64,000 nt of DNA from Lama glama (lineage: Eukaryota): NCBI GenBank assembly GCA_028534125.1, contig CM052818.1, forward strand, positions 19,346,001 through 19,410,000. The letters run 5' to 3'. This document shows, one piece after another, positions 50,973-64,000 of this stretch (its first letter is position 1; each line of letters opens with the position of its first letter). The notes beneath the pieces are model-generated. The model was given only the letters and a program-made list of their open reading frames with translations, was not told the origin of the DNA and searched no databases. A program made the translations under genes and the position numbers.

Positions 50973-53179
50973 GGGCTAAAACCCAAACCTCTAAAGCTAG
51001 CATTTAAGGCCTGCAAAGTTTGGCTGCCCTAACTCCCCAGAATTACCTTCCCCTCCAGCCAGGCTGAAGGGTTCCCTAACCTGCCCTCCAGCCTGAGCCT
51101 TTGCTCAGGCCCACCCCTCCCTGGGATCTTTACTCCCTCCCCTCAATCCACATGATGACAACTCAGCTTCAGAACCAATTCAAGTCCTGCCTCTTCCCTG
51201 GAGCCTTCCTGATCACCCCAGCCCATGTCCCAAGGGCTGCTCCCTTTCTCTGATTTCATTCAGTGTGAAATTGGAGGCACCCGATTTAATACTTTATGCT
51301 ACACTATCTATTATGGTTTTTCACTTGCTTTGGTTGAGTTAATGTCATCCTCCTGCCAACCTGTGAAATTCTCGACGGCAGGGATCCCATCTTTATCTCT
51401 TACATCCTCCTTAGTACCAAGGACAAGGTTAAAGTCCCAGGTAGGTCCTCAGAACCAGGTTGCTAATAACCGACCTGAGGGAGAACAGTGTAAAAGAGAG
51501 GCTGTAGGAGAGAGAGAGGAGGAGGAGGAGGGGCTCTGGCCGCAGCAGCTTTTGTGCAGGGCTTGGGACATTTCCGTTGAGTCTGGGATTCCAGGCCCTG
51601 TGGATGGGTGTTGTTAGGGTGACCATCCCTCCCCTGCCCCATAACTATTTGCACTGGGGGCTAGGCTGCTTTGGGGTCTCTGCCCCCTCGTGACAATTTG
51701 CATCCACAAATTTACATAGCCATGAAGGAGCTTTCTGAGAGAGGAGACAGGGCCCAGCCAACTCCATATTCCTCCTTTGTTGTTCAGTCAGCTGTGGTGA
51801 ACCTGGGCCTGGAGGTGTGGGCAGTGGAGCCAGGCTGCAGAATAGTATCTGGACTTCTCCCTGAGGTCTTAGTAATAGTCCTGCAGCTCCTTGGTGGCCT
51901 ACCTGGGATTCTTCCACCAACATCTGCCCAGCTGTGCTAGAGGCAGTTGAGACCAGCAAGTAGGACTGTGTGGGGAGGGGGACACCATGGATATTTTGTC
52001 ATAAATGTAAATGGGACCTCCCTTGTAGGCCCAGGAAGGTGAAGTCTGCCACTTTCACACTGTTGCCAGATCCCGTTAGGCTGCTGCCTCTGCCTGGAAT
52101 GCCCTCTCCCCTGGGCACTGCTTGGTAAACTCCTCAGGGGGACCTGGCTGGGCTCCCCACTGCAGAGGTAGACTCTGCTTGAAGGCCTCTGTGAACAGCT
52201 CTGTCTCCTAAGTAGGATGGGAACCTTGACTGTCTCCCGGGATGTGAAGAAGGAAACAAGATCATATATAGGCCACACAAAGGACTTGAAATTGCTTCTT
52301 TACTTCTGTCTCTCCACATTTCACCCATAAGTCTGGGAACCCCAAGCACCCCCACCTCGGAGCACTGCAAGGAGCAGGTCCCCCCCAAATGGTGCTGAGT
52401 GGATGCGGCCAGGGCAGAGGGACAGCTCAGAGCTCTTTGAGATGCTTCTCAGCTATGGGTTGCCTGTCCCAGCCCGGACAAAGCCTGTACTCAACCATAA
52501 CAGCTATGGGACCAAAGGCAAGGTGGCAGGTAGATGAAGAGCTGCAGAGAGCCACCACTGGAAGAGTAGGGAAAGGTCAGTGATCCTGTGAAAGGGAAGC
52601 ACAGTTTGGACGGGGTGAGCCAGGAACACGGAGCGGGCTCCTAATGGAGGAAAAGTGAAAAGAGAAAAATCAGTGATGCGGGAAGCTTCTCCTCACATCC
52701 TTCAAATAGCTGCAGGGGGAGGAGGGGGAGGGCGAGCTGGAGCTGGGAATATATTATCTTGTCTGATCGTGTTACCAAGGGAGTTGCGGAGTCCTGATGC
52801 CCCGAGGCCTCTGAGGAGATGGTAGATAATTGGATGGGTCTCTGGTTGCTACAGCTCTGTCTCAGGGAGAGGAAGGAATATATGACCCCTTCAAGGTCCC
52901 CTTATCTGCACCAAAGCAGGTTACTGCAAGACAAAGAGAATTCAGGCGGCTCTCATATAAGTATTTGTGTTGTAAGCTTCCTTTAGCTTTTAGAAAATCT
53001 CCCACCCAAAGCCCTTAAGCGCTCAAGACCACAAAAAATTGGGGGATTTCACGACCCATCCCCCCACCCGTCTTTTATTTAAAATAATAAAAACTCCAAG
53101 CTCCTGAAACGTTGACAACAGAGGTTTATGGTCAACAAGAACAGGTGCTTTTTCTTTCATTGGAGAACTGTGTTTCTCT

Positions 53180-53720
53180 TTGGTTAAGGGAGGGTGGGGT
53201 GGGTTGGAATATTAATGCAGAGCATTTAGATGAGGCTCTTAATTTGAAAAGAATGTGAGAATTAATGCTTGAGTTTAATCGAAGCCTGAATTATCACAGA
53301 TAGATTTTTACCTTCTTCTCCTTAATCAATTTCACCCCAATTAATTCTTCTGTGGCTAAGTCTTGTTACATTAGACAATCTGCTGATTATTTCCACAATC
53401 AAGAGACTGTATATTCATGCATTTTTAATAAGGGACGACTGCATCCTTTTTCATAAGTGATCCTGCTGGTTGGCAGTTGCAGCTGCTAAAATAATTATAG
53501 AGCAGATTACTTGCTTTTAAAGCATTGTTTGCTATCATAGTCATCCTAGGTGACAATTTGGAAGAGCTCTGGAGTCTGCTGTAATTGGGCAGAGAAGCCG
53601 AATAGTTAATGTGGCAGTTTTCAATGTCAAGTGCTGTTTATTCATAGGTCAATACCTTAAAAAAAAAACAAAACACAGGGGTAATTTGGTCCTGCTGGCT
53701 GATGAAGCCATGTACTACAG
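53180..53720. promoter_or_regulatory. Candidate conserved non-coding element (TAAT-rich)
   Basis: About 500 bp of unique, relatively AT-rich DNA in a GC-richer context, with many TAAT/ATTA, TGAT and ACAAT motifs and no repeat signature. Confidence 0.5.
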
Positions 53721-56687
53721 ACTTGCAGACCATTCTAATTCTATGCTTCCTTTAAAACCTTGACTCTTAGAAAGATCTATTTCTGAAGGCTGCCAGGTAC
53801 CTTCTGCCTTCAACTCTGACTGGTCCAAATATAGTTATTCATGTCTGATTACTACTTATGTGAGGAGGTGCCCTGCAATCTAGAAGGCTTGAAGCAGGGA
53901 ACACAGTCATTTCAAAGCCTCAGCTGTTTTCTGTTTAGCAAGAGGATGAGGGGCGATCCACCTAAGGGAAAAGGCTGATTTTATTTTGGGGAAAACATTG
54001 GGCTTTTTGATTATGTAGAGCAAAGTTCAGTGCTGATCCTGGAACGCAAAGGTTGAGACAAGAACAAAGCAATGGCTGTGTGCACTAATACAGAAGGTTG
54101 TCTTCCTTATGGGCAGACAGAGCTACCACTCACGGCTGAAGTTCTGCCAACGTTCACGTGGTGGAGGAGAGACTTTCCTCTTCTCACTTAGGGAAAACAG
54201 ATAATTGGGGCCTGAATTCCAGGCAGGGGAGGTCTGGCCAAGGGCCCTCCTGCCTGTGGGAGTTGAGTTAGCTTTGCAGTCAGGTGGCAGGAATGCAGGC
54301 TGTGTAGGGAAAAGGCACGCAGGGATCCCCAGGCCCTTGGTCGGTGGATCCCAGTAGAGTCTGTAGACAATCTCCAGCTTAATTGTTTTCCTTCTGTAAT
54401 CTCTTTCTTTTGTCAACCCTAAGCCTTCAGCAGTTTTGTTAACCTTACAGCCTTAGGAAAATAAGAGAAGAGTCTGTATCCATATTTGAAATGAAAGTGG
54501 GGCAAGAGAATAGGATTTTCCTTTTGACCCCCTCCCCCTACAAAGCCTGTGCAAAGAGGCACGGTGGTCCTGGAGCCCATGTGAAGGACCACAGATTGGC
54601 CCTGGGAAAGAAGGAGACTCTACTGTCCATGGGAGGACAGAGGCTCAGGCTGAGGCCTAGCTCAGGTGGGCAGGTGCAGAAGTGGAAAGGGACAAACCTC
54701 CTCCCCCATATCCTGGAGAGAGAGACCTTCAAAAGGAGAAAGTACAGCTTGCAAATTACATGGGCACGGGTTGTTGGCCAGTGGCCATCTGGGTTGCCCT
54801 TAATACACTGCAGTTGGCCAGAGTCGCAGAGGTTGTCCTGCCCTCCCTGCTCTCCACACCAGCTGTTCAGGGAAATTGCCAAACTGTAGCAGCCTCCAGC
54901 TCATTTCCTAGGAACACCACCGCCAGCTGCTCAGCAGAGCCCAGAGCCAGCAACTAGAGGCATCATTGAACCTTAGGTCCTAACTCCTACCTGGACTGCT
55001 TATAAGGAAACTGACCTCTTCCGGGAAAGTTACTGTCTACAATGAAATGATCGAAAAGAGGTGAGCTGGCCCCCAAGTCCCCACTTCACTGAGAGGGAAC
55101 CTGAGCTCAGAGAGGTGACATGATTTGCTCAAGGTCAGTCTATGGATCAGGGATAGGTTCAAGACTTGGGGCCCAGGTCCCCCAACTCCTAATTCAGTGC
55201 TCTTTCTGGATAGCCCACGCCTCAGGTGAATTTCTTTTCAGCTGGAGTAACGGAGGCCAGCTCAAGATGCTCAACCAGCTTGCCCTTTAGTTACCAGATC
55301 GCCAAACACTCGTTCAAGTTTTGTCCTTCCAATCTCCTCCGCTCCTTCAGGAGTCTTAAGGATACCTCTTTTGATCATTTGACTATAGGCAGTACTAGAA
55401 TTTTTCAATTGTCTCATCTGTAATATGGAGATACTGATAGAAGAATTATTGTGATTCTTAATTGAGTTAATTCCATGTAAAGAATTCAGAATGGTGTGTG
55501 GCACATAAAGAGTGCTTCATAGAAGGGTGTCTGTGAACTCAAATCACTTTCATTATTTATCAAAGAATGCTGGAATCCAGTGAGATTTGAGTGGGGTTCC
55601 TTCTGGGGGAAGCACTCTGATCCCCAGTATACATCCATCAGTTGGTGGTCCCAGAAACTAGGAGAGCCACAGCAAGACCCTAACAGCTCCCAGTCAGCGA
55701 CTTGCCCTGATCAAACCAAACACAGTGTGAAGCCCAGTCCCGAGGCCCTAGATGTAGGAGGGGAGAGTGAGAGCCAGGGGTGATACACTTACACTTTCAT
55801 ACCAAGCCTCCTTGGGCTGCACCAAGCTCACTTACCAAGGTTTACTTCTGCAACTTCTGTCCTGGGTTTCATAACTGGGGAGCCTTAGGCAAGACCCCAG
55901 AAAGGTAAAGGTGTAGTATAGAAGTGGAAGAAGGCAGAGGAACCTCCTGGTCTGAATGTAGGAAACTCATTTTGTTTATTTTTTTCCATTATTCTTCATT
56001 CCTCTTCCTTTCCTTTCCTTTATTTTCTGCCTTCCTCTAATGTTAATTCCCTCACTTCTGATATCCTAACCCTAAAGCTTATCACAGAAAATGAAATCAG
56101 ACTGAAGGGAGGGGGCAGTTGAGGACCACCCCATGTTTCAAGGAAGTAATTTGACCTCATCACCAAAGTGGGCAAATTCTTCAGAATTAGCCCATAAAGC
56201 AGACTGGAGAGGAAGGTCTTGGGAAACCTGTAGCCCTAGGGCTGTTGGCTGGGCTCTAGGGCCCCTGCAGACAGACACAACTCCATCCCAAGGGCTTGGC
56301 TGGCTTTTAGCCTAAGCTGCATGGTGGTGCTGGAGCACTTGTGTGGCAGGTCTCAACCCTGGCAGATGCTCTAAGCTCCCTCCCGGGGGCTGGGTCATAG
56401 GTGCTATGAAAGCACAGGATTGGGAGTCCCAAGATCCATCTTGGCTCGGGGCTGGTCTATATTACACTTTAACCTCTTTGAACTTCCGTGTCCGCATTTG
56501 TAACATGGGGAAAACACCCACCTCCTGGGTCTGGCTGAGATAATGCACATCAGTGTTTTGTGACCGATGAAACTCAATACTAAGGGTGGTTATGAATACT
56601 TTCACAGATTAAAAAAAAATCATCATTATCGTTTCCACCTTGTCGTGAGGGGATTCACATAGTATAGGTGCTCAGTAAGTAACTGAT

Positions 56688-57592
56688 TGTGATATTGTGA
56701 TTTATAATAGAAAAATATATATTTGGGCTTCCTTTCTGGGCTAAGAGCTCTTAAAACTCCTGAAATTTCCTAAGTGTTTAGAGTGATAAAGATGTCTTTT
56801 GTCATTCATAACAAGTCTCTTTCAACCACTTCTGAGTTTATGTTAATGTGGTGACTTTTGGAAAGCTCATAGGTAACCTAAGGATGGGGACTGGTTGCCA
56901 GGAGAACCAATCATGATTAGAGGGTTGCAACTTTCAGCTCTACCCACTCCCACACACTTCTAGGTGAGACTGAACTCAGTCAAAAATGGCCAATGATTTA
57001 ATCAACCGTGCTTCTGTAATGAAGCCTCCATAAAACCCAAAAGGAGAGGATCCAGAGAGCATCAGTTCACCAGATTGATGAACAAGTGGAGACTCAGGGA
57101 GAGTGGACCACCTAGAGAGTAAGGAGGCTCTGTACCCCTTCCCATGTATCTTACCCTATACATCTCTTCCATCTGTCTGTTCCTGAGTTATATCCTTTTA
57201 TAATAAACTAGTGATCTAGCAAGTAAAATGTTTTTCTGAGTTCTGTGAGCCTCTCTAGCAAATGAATCAAAGCTGAGGAGGGGGTTGTGGGAATCTCTGA
57301 TCTATGTAGCTGGTCATTTAGAAGCACAAGTGACAACCTGGATGTGCAACTGGTGTCTGAAGACGGGGTGGGTGACAATCTTGTAGGATTGAGCCCTTAA
57401 CCTGTGGGATCTGATGCTATCTCTAGGTAAATAGTGTCAGTATTCAATTAAATTGTAGGACACCCTCCTGGTGTCAGAGAATTGTCTGATGTGTGGAAAA
57501 CCCACAAATCTGGTGTCAGAAGTGTAACAGTGTTATAGTGGAGTATTGAGAGTATAAGAGGTGTGCAGGAGGAGTGCATGCTTTGCTTTACA
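56688..57592 (+). mobile_element. Full-length solo MER21-type LTR
   Basis: TG...CA ends (tgtgatattgtgatttataatag...ctttaca), internal aatggccaatgatttaatcaa and AATAAA. Perfect 5-bp TSD ctgat (56683-56687, 57593-57597). Confidence 0.9.
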
Positions 57593-57623
57593 CTGATGAT
57601 GTCAGCTTTTTCCATATGAAGCT

Positions 57624-58000
57624 TGCATTGGTCAGCTTAGACTAAATTATGCTGTGTAACAGGCAATCTCAGTCACAAAGTGGTATTTTTCACTCATATT
57701 ACATGTCCATTATCCAACTCTGTTCCATGTTTTCTTCATTCTTGGACTCAAGCTGTAGAGACAGGACCTCTCTGGGGGTGTGCTTATCTTCTAGGAGAGG
57801 AAAAGAACAATGAGGACCCACTCAATGGCCCTCAGAGCTACTTGGATGTGATGCTCATCACTTCTGTTGGGAAATGAAACCACATTCAACTCTGACATAA
57901 GGGACGCAGGATGTATACTCTTCCTATAGGGAATAGCACCAGGGAGCAGCTATGTAGAGGTGGTAGCAAATATTTTTTTACAAATAATAATCTACCCACA
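57624..58000 (-). mobile_element. MaLR LTR (MLT1I/J-like)
   Basis: ttatgctgtgtaaca...ctcatcacttctg...gcaaatattttttt...aatctacccaca. Confidence 0.6.
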
Positions 58001-59256
58001 GAGCAGTTTCATATTTTGAATATACTGTGGCTTTGAATATACTAATGTTTATGTAATAATGAACTCTGTATTGCAGATTTTGCTGTACATTAAATACTTA
58101 TGACTGTTGTCTGTCTACCCAAATTTTGACTATCCTTCAATGCCCACATCAAGTCTCACCTCCTCCATGCAGCCTTCTGTACCAATCCCAGCATTTATTG
58201 CCTCTATAATCCATTCTGACACTATTGCCAGCCTTTTATGGCTGCTGTTCTATATGTGTCTTATCTCCCCTAGTAGACTGGAGTCTTGAGGACAGGGATT
58301 CCATTTTGTATTCCACTGGGAATCTCAGTCTATTCATGGAAAGTACTCAGTAAATTCTTAAGGAGTCAAGTTAAATGCTTTAGTATGGAATTTTACTTTT
58401 AGGGAGTAGTCCTCCATGCTAATGTGACATGATTTCCATTTTGACAGATGGGAAAATTGAGACTTCAAGAAGTTGAGTACACAGTCACAATCAGGACTGG
58501 CTTCCCAGATCCCTGAGATCACCCTAGCACTCTTATCTCCCAAGCTGCCTCTCACTGCTTCGTGGTGTGCATGCCTAAAACACATTTACTCTTTATAGAT
58601 CATTTCTGAGACCCATGTTCGGGTCTGTGATCTGTGTCAGTGAGGTAAGATAAATGATATTGACTGGGTGGTCAGCTGCTGGGTGTATTGAGTTAAAGGA
58701 GCTAAGGAAGTAAATCATTCAGTAAGTGAACTTAGAAAGGCCAAAATGTTCAATTCCAAGCCAACCAGGATTTAATTTATTTGTTACTGAGGTCAAGGCC
58801 ATTTTTACTGCACTCTCATAAAAGCCTGAGCTCTATTGCCAAGAGTCAAGAGAAATCCTAGTTGTCATTTTTCCCTCCAAGGGTAAGAAAATGGGTACTG
58901 TCAAATTCAGGAAGCCTGGAACAAAGGGAATAAAGGAGGAAATACAGAGCATTTCTCCCCTCCCCTGGTCTATCGTCCCTGTTTCCAGGACAGATGGAGT
59001 CATGACATGTTCCTCATCTGTGTCGTGGCTGCTGTAGGAACAGAGCTCTCTTCCTGGGGCCAGCATCCCTCCTTGGATACTCTAGGCCAGAAGGCAGACA
59101 ACTTGGGGTTTCTGCAGATGTCGAGGTTAATAGAGGGGACCACCCCTGCATTTAGAGCCCTTGATTTTCCTATCCCCGCTCATCCCAGACTTCTCTTGCT
59201 CCTTCTTTCTAACTAGCAAAGCCACTGTCAACTCCACATGTGCCCAGTTCACTTTA

Positions 59257-59399
59257 TTTTTTTTTTTACATTTTTATTGATTCATAATCATTTTACAGTG
59301 TTGTGTCAAATTCCAGTGTTCAGTACAATTTTTCAGTCATACATGGACATATACACACTCATTGTCACATTTTTTTCTCTGTGATTTATCATAACATTT
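59257..59399 (-). mobile_element. Very young L1 3' end with perfect TSD
   Basis: T-tract plus L1 3'UTR, flanked by direct repeat tgtgcccagttcacttta (59239-59256, 59400-59417). Confidence 0.95.
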
Positions 59400-59985
59400 T
59401 GTGCCCAGTTCACTTTAGAGTGTAAGTCACTCAAAAAGCTTCTTTGCCTCCTGGATTTCCCTCTGCAGTTCTCAGACTCATGCCATATTCCATGCTCACT
59501 TCAACATCTCCTGTAAAGACTGCCTGTTTCAGGAAGGAGGCCAGGCTTGGGTTCATGTGGATGCCATCATTCTCGAGTACCACCCCAGCTCAGGACAGTT
59601 ACACACAGCTATGTACGTGGGATCTGCTTGGCATCACTGTGGCACAGGAGAAAGGACACCAATCCGAAAAGTCAGGAGAGTAGGAGTTTTCTCTTACTCT
59701 GGCAGTTGCTGGATGTGTGGCTTTAAGCAAGTCATTTGACTTCTCTGGGCTCAGTTTTCCTTAACTATAAATATGATAAGAGTGCTTATCTTACTGACCC
59801 CTTCCAGTGGTTTGTAAGAATCAAGAGCGATGACACATCCCTTCATTTAACAAATTCTTATTGAGCACCTATCATTTGCTAGATCCTAAGGATACAGCTG
59901 TGGATGACAGAACTCAGTCCCCACTTCTTTTTAGCTTACACTTCAGTAGGGGACATAGGGAATCAAATCATCACTGAAATAACCA

Positions 59986-60531
59986 TGTGTCTTTGTTTTC
60001 TATGGCTGTGTAACAAATCACTGCAAAATTCAGTGGCTTAAAACAACAATCATTTTATTACTATCTGTCATGGCTAGGCGGTTCTTGTTCAGGGTTTCTC
60101 ACACAAGGTCAGCCAGACAATAGCTGCAGCTAGAGCTTGAATCATCTCAAAGGCTTCCTCACTCACTCATGTGGCCGTTCATACTGACTACTGGCTGGAA
60201 CCCTACCCAGATCTGTCAGCCAAAACACATACAGGCAATCCTTTCATGTGACCTAGGCTTCCTAACAGCATGGCAGCTGGTTTCCAAACACAAGCCTTCC
60301 AGAGAGCAAGGCAGAATTGCATGGCAATTTTATGACTTAACCTGAAAAGTCATGTAGCTTCACTTTTGACATGCTCTACTGGTCGAGGCACTCACAAAGG
60401 CTTGTCTAGGGTCAAGGGAGGGGACTCAGATAGCACCTCAATAAAAAGAAAGGCAACATCGTGTCATAGGAAGAGCACGTAGGATGGGATATATTGCACC
60501 ATTTTGGGGAAGTACAACTTGTTCCACTACA
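59986..60531 (-). mobile_element. MaLR LTR (MLT1H-like)
   Basis: gtgtaacaaatcactgcaaaattcagtggcttaaaacaacaatcattt...cagcatggcagctgg...gcaccattttggggaagtaca. Confidence 0.8.
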
Positions 60532-60974
60532 ACAATGTGTAAGTGCCTGATGAGTGCCTGGCAAATAGGAAGTGGTCAGCCAGTGTTAACTCTTTGCTAT
60601 TGGATGCTTTGAAGGAAAATCCTGTAATTTCTAATGATTCCTAGAAAGGCCAGAACATGAAGCAAATGTGAGGGACTGGTTTTTTTAATCTATGTTGCAT
60701 GGTTTTTCGTTTGTTTGTTTGTTTTATTTTGTTTTTGCTATTTTTAACTCTAAGTTTCCCAGAAGCAGAGACTGTACCTTCACATCTTTTTTGCATTATT
60801 TTCCTCTTTGACTGATTATCAGAAAATATCAGCTCCTTAATTGATTCTATAGGTAAGATACAAAGGAGATGTCAAGACCTGGGGAATAATTGGCCTGTGA
60901 GAATGAAGATTGAAAATTAACACACCATGGATATAATTGTGTGTGCGTTTTATGTATTTAGTTATTATAATATA

Positions 60975-61442
60975 TATTTCATTCACATATTGCTGTGTAG
61001 CAAACCACCCCAAACCTAATACATAAAAGAATGATCATTTGCTTGTTCAGGATTCTGAGGCCGGAATTCGGGCAGGGTTCAGCTGGGACACTCATCTTTG
61101 CTTCAGCTGGGGTCAGCTGTGGCACCTTAAGAATCATGATAGCCTCATTCACATGTCTGGGTGCTGGTTGTCCATTGGGTGCCTTGGCTCTTTCCAGTGT
61201 GGCTTCTTATGCTCCAGGGTCTCATGTTTTCCATGAGGCCTCTCCAGCAGTTTAGCCCAGATATCTTTCCATGGAAACCAGTTTCCTAGAAATCCAAAAT
61301 GGAAGCTGCAAGGACTATTAAGGCCCTGAAGTCCCAGAATGTCATTTCTACTATAGGACCAGCCCAGACTGAAGGGGAAGGGAGACAGTCTCCATGCAGG
61401 ATGGGTGGGATTGTTGCATCCGCCTTTGGAAATGATCTACAC
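60975..61442 (-). mobile_element. MaLR LTR (MLT1G/H-like)
   Basis: tattgctgtgtagcaaaccaccccaaacct...ggaattcgggcagggttcagctggg...ggaagctgcaagg. Confidence 0.75.
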
Positions 61443-61454
61443 AGCATATAACAG

Positions 61455-61650
61455 CAGTGGGCATCTGGACCCCTACCATGTGCCAGGCATTGTTCTAACA
61501 GCTTTATGTGGATTAACTCATTCCATCCTCACAACAACTCCATTAAGTAAGATCTATTAGTAGCCCCATTATGCAGATGGGTAAACTGAGGCACAGGAAG
61601 TTTAAATAACTTGCCTGGGGTCATACAGATCCTTCGTGTGCCCAGAGCCC
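61455..61650 (-). mobile_element. MIR SINE
   Basis: taccatgtgccaggcattgttctaa...cctcacaacaac...gcagatgggtaaactgaggcacag. Confidence 0.85.
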
Positions 61651-62475
61651 ATGTTCGATGGGCCATTCCTGTGCCCTACTGCCATCTGTTAAAGAGCTGA
61701 CAAGGCTCACAGGCTAGGGCAGAATAATAAAAATAATACACATAATAACACTTAAAACAAAACTAACCACTTATTGAATGGCTGCTGTCAAGTGCAAGGG
61801 GCTTTACACAGCTTCGTTACCTAACTGAATGCTCATTTCCACCCCAGAGCCCTGCAAACCAGCTCTGACTGTCCTCATTTTGTAGACAAGGAAACAGACA
61901 CAAAGAGGTTAAATCATTTGGATAATTTGCCCAAGCAAGATTTAACGGTAGTCAACTAAGTTATATTAACCAAGCTGGACAAAGGATATGTGGATGGCAG
62001 GGGCAATAGGGCAGACTCTCCAGCACCGCCTGTGGGGAGCAGCCTCAGTCTACAGATAACCTGGCCCTGGGCAAGGTGAGACCCGGGCTGGCAAGAGGCC
62101 ATCACAGCCTTCTGCAGGGTCACTACCTTGAGTCACTTCCTCCCTTGCTGTGGCTTCCTGCTCACCACGCAGCCTTCTGCCTATAACTCATCTCCCTGTG
62201 CTGTTTGCCTGCAGGGTAAAGGGGCGCTAGCCCACAGAGGCAGGGGTCCCAGTCTGCTGGGCAGTTTACTCTGGACTCCCGCACTCACTGTTCTCTTTGC
62301 CTGGAATGCCTCTGATCTTGGCTCTGAGGGAGTGGTCTTAACTTAGCTAAGTGGCCCCCCCACCCCCATCCTCATATACCCCCCAACTCGATGTGTCTTT
62401 CCATGGTGCTTATCATTCTCTGCTATAAATTATTTGTAGATTAAAAATTAATGGACTATATTTAACAGCAGTTTT

Positions 62476-63218
62476 ATTCTTTAAATTTTTAAAATTGAAG
62501 TATGGTTGGTTTATAATGTTGTGTTAATTTCTCATGTACAATATAGTGATTTAGTTATATGATTCAGTTATACATATATATATATATTCCTTTTTATAGT
62601 CTTTTTCATTATAGGCTATTGCAAGGTATTGAATGTAGTTCCCTGTGCTATACAGAAGGAACTTGTTGTTTATCTATTTTATATATAGTAGTTAGTATCC
62701 GCAAATCTCAAACTCCAAATTTATCCCTCTACCAACCCTCTTTCCCCCCTAGAACCACTAGTTTGTTTTTTACGTCTGTGAGTCTGTTTCCACTTTGTAA
62801 ATAAGTTCATTTGTCTCATTTTTTTAGATTCCACCTATAAATGATATTACATGATATTTTTCTTTCTTTTTCTGGCTTACTTCACTTAGTATAATAATGT
62901 CTAGGTCCATCCATATTGCTGCAAATGGCATTATTTTATTCTTTTTTATGGCTGAGTAATATTCCATTGTGTTTATATATCACAACTTCTTTCTCCAGTC
63001 ATTTGCTGACATTTAGGCTGCTTCTGTGTCTTGGCCATTGTAACTAGTGCTGCTATGAACATTGGGGTGCATGTATCTTTTTGAATTAGAATTTTCTCCA
63101 GGTATATACCCAGAAGTGGGATTGTGGGATCATATGGTTAAGTCTGTTGTTAGTTTTTTTAAGGAATCTCCATACTGTTTTCCATAATGGCTGTAGCAAG
63201 CTACATTCCCACCAACAG
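62476..63218 (-). mobile_element. Artiodactyl-type L1 3' fragment nested in an older L1
   Basis: aaaattgaagtatggttgg...ttttagattccacctata...cattcccaccaacag. Degenerate TSD tatattta(a)ca(gc/at)agtttt. Confidence 0.9.
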
Positions 63219-64000
63219 TATATTTACAATAGTTTTGGGGTCACAGCAAAAAGAAGCTGAAGGTGTGAAGAGTTCCCACATAAGCCCTTCCTCTCCCACT
63301 ATGCACCAGTATGACACTTTTGTTTCCTCATTGTTGACCGAAGTCCATAGTTTACATGAGGGTTCACTTTTTTTGTTGTACATTTTATGGGTTTTGACAG
63401 ATTTTAATGACATGTATACAACATTATAGGATCATACAGAGTAGTTTCACTGCCTTAAAAGTCCTCTGTGCTCTGCCCATTTATCCCTGCTTCCCCCCAA
63501 CCTCTGGCAACCTTTGATGTTTTTACTATAGCCATAGTTTTGCCTTTTCCAGAACGTCATGTAGTTAGAATCGTACAGCATGTAGCCTTTTCAGGTGGGC
63601 TTCTTTCACTTAGTAATATGCATTTAAGTTTTCTCTGTGTCTTTTCTTGGCTTATTAGCTCATTTCTTTTTAGGGCTGAGTAATAGTGCATTGTCTGGAT
63701 GTACCACAATTTATTTACCATTCACCTACTGAAGGACATCTTGGTTGCCTCCAAGTTTGGGCAATTATGAATAAAACTGCTATAAACATTTGTGCACAGG
63801 CTTTTGTGTGGACATAAGTTTTTAACTCCTTTGAGTAAACATCTAGGGGCTTGAGTGCTGAATCTTATGGTAAGAATATGTTTCATTTTGTAAGAAACTG
63901 CCAAACTGTCTTTTGGAGTGGCTATACCGTTTTCTAGTCCCACCAGCAATGAAGGAGAGTTCCTGCACTCCACATCCTTGCCAGCATGTAGTGGTGTTAC
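63219..64000 (-). mobile_element. L1MC-type 3' region (runs off the window)
   Basis: gttttgccttttccagaacgtcatgtagttagaatc...ttcacctactgaaggacatcttggttgcc...cccaccagcaatgaaggagagttcc. Confidence 0.88.

Overview
Mammalian, mostly non-coding DNA, most likely from a camelid (camel/llama/alpaca). The evidence is three tRNA-Ala-derived vic-1-type SINEs with target-site duplications (TSDs), plus young L1 3' ends that I recognise from memory as camelid-like. I cannot recognise any intact host protein-coding gene. The only identifiable peptides are L1 ORF2 C-terminal remnants (about 15.5-16.5 kb and 42.4-43.6 kb). The window is a mosaic of solo LTRs, L1, L2, MIR and hAT MITEs, with two assembly gaps (500 N and 100 N). 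Non-repeat features are a CpG island or promoter at about 21.0-21.7 kb, a second CpG-rich patch at 37.1-37.4 kb, and several TAAT-rich blocks that resemble conserved enhancers (about 27.5, 37.0, 45.7 and 53.4 kb). The most interesting structural observations are: (1) a probable ~870 bp L1-mediated 3' transduction splitting an older L1 at 7.9-8.95 kb; (2) a ~100 bp local templated duplication; (3) two identical, very young L1 3' ends 44 kb apart; (4) a 500-N gap whose flanks overlap by 25 bp. Repeat family names come from my recall of consensus sequences, not from a database search. I found no convincing new multi-gene system.
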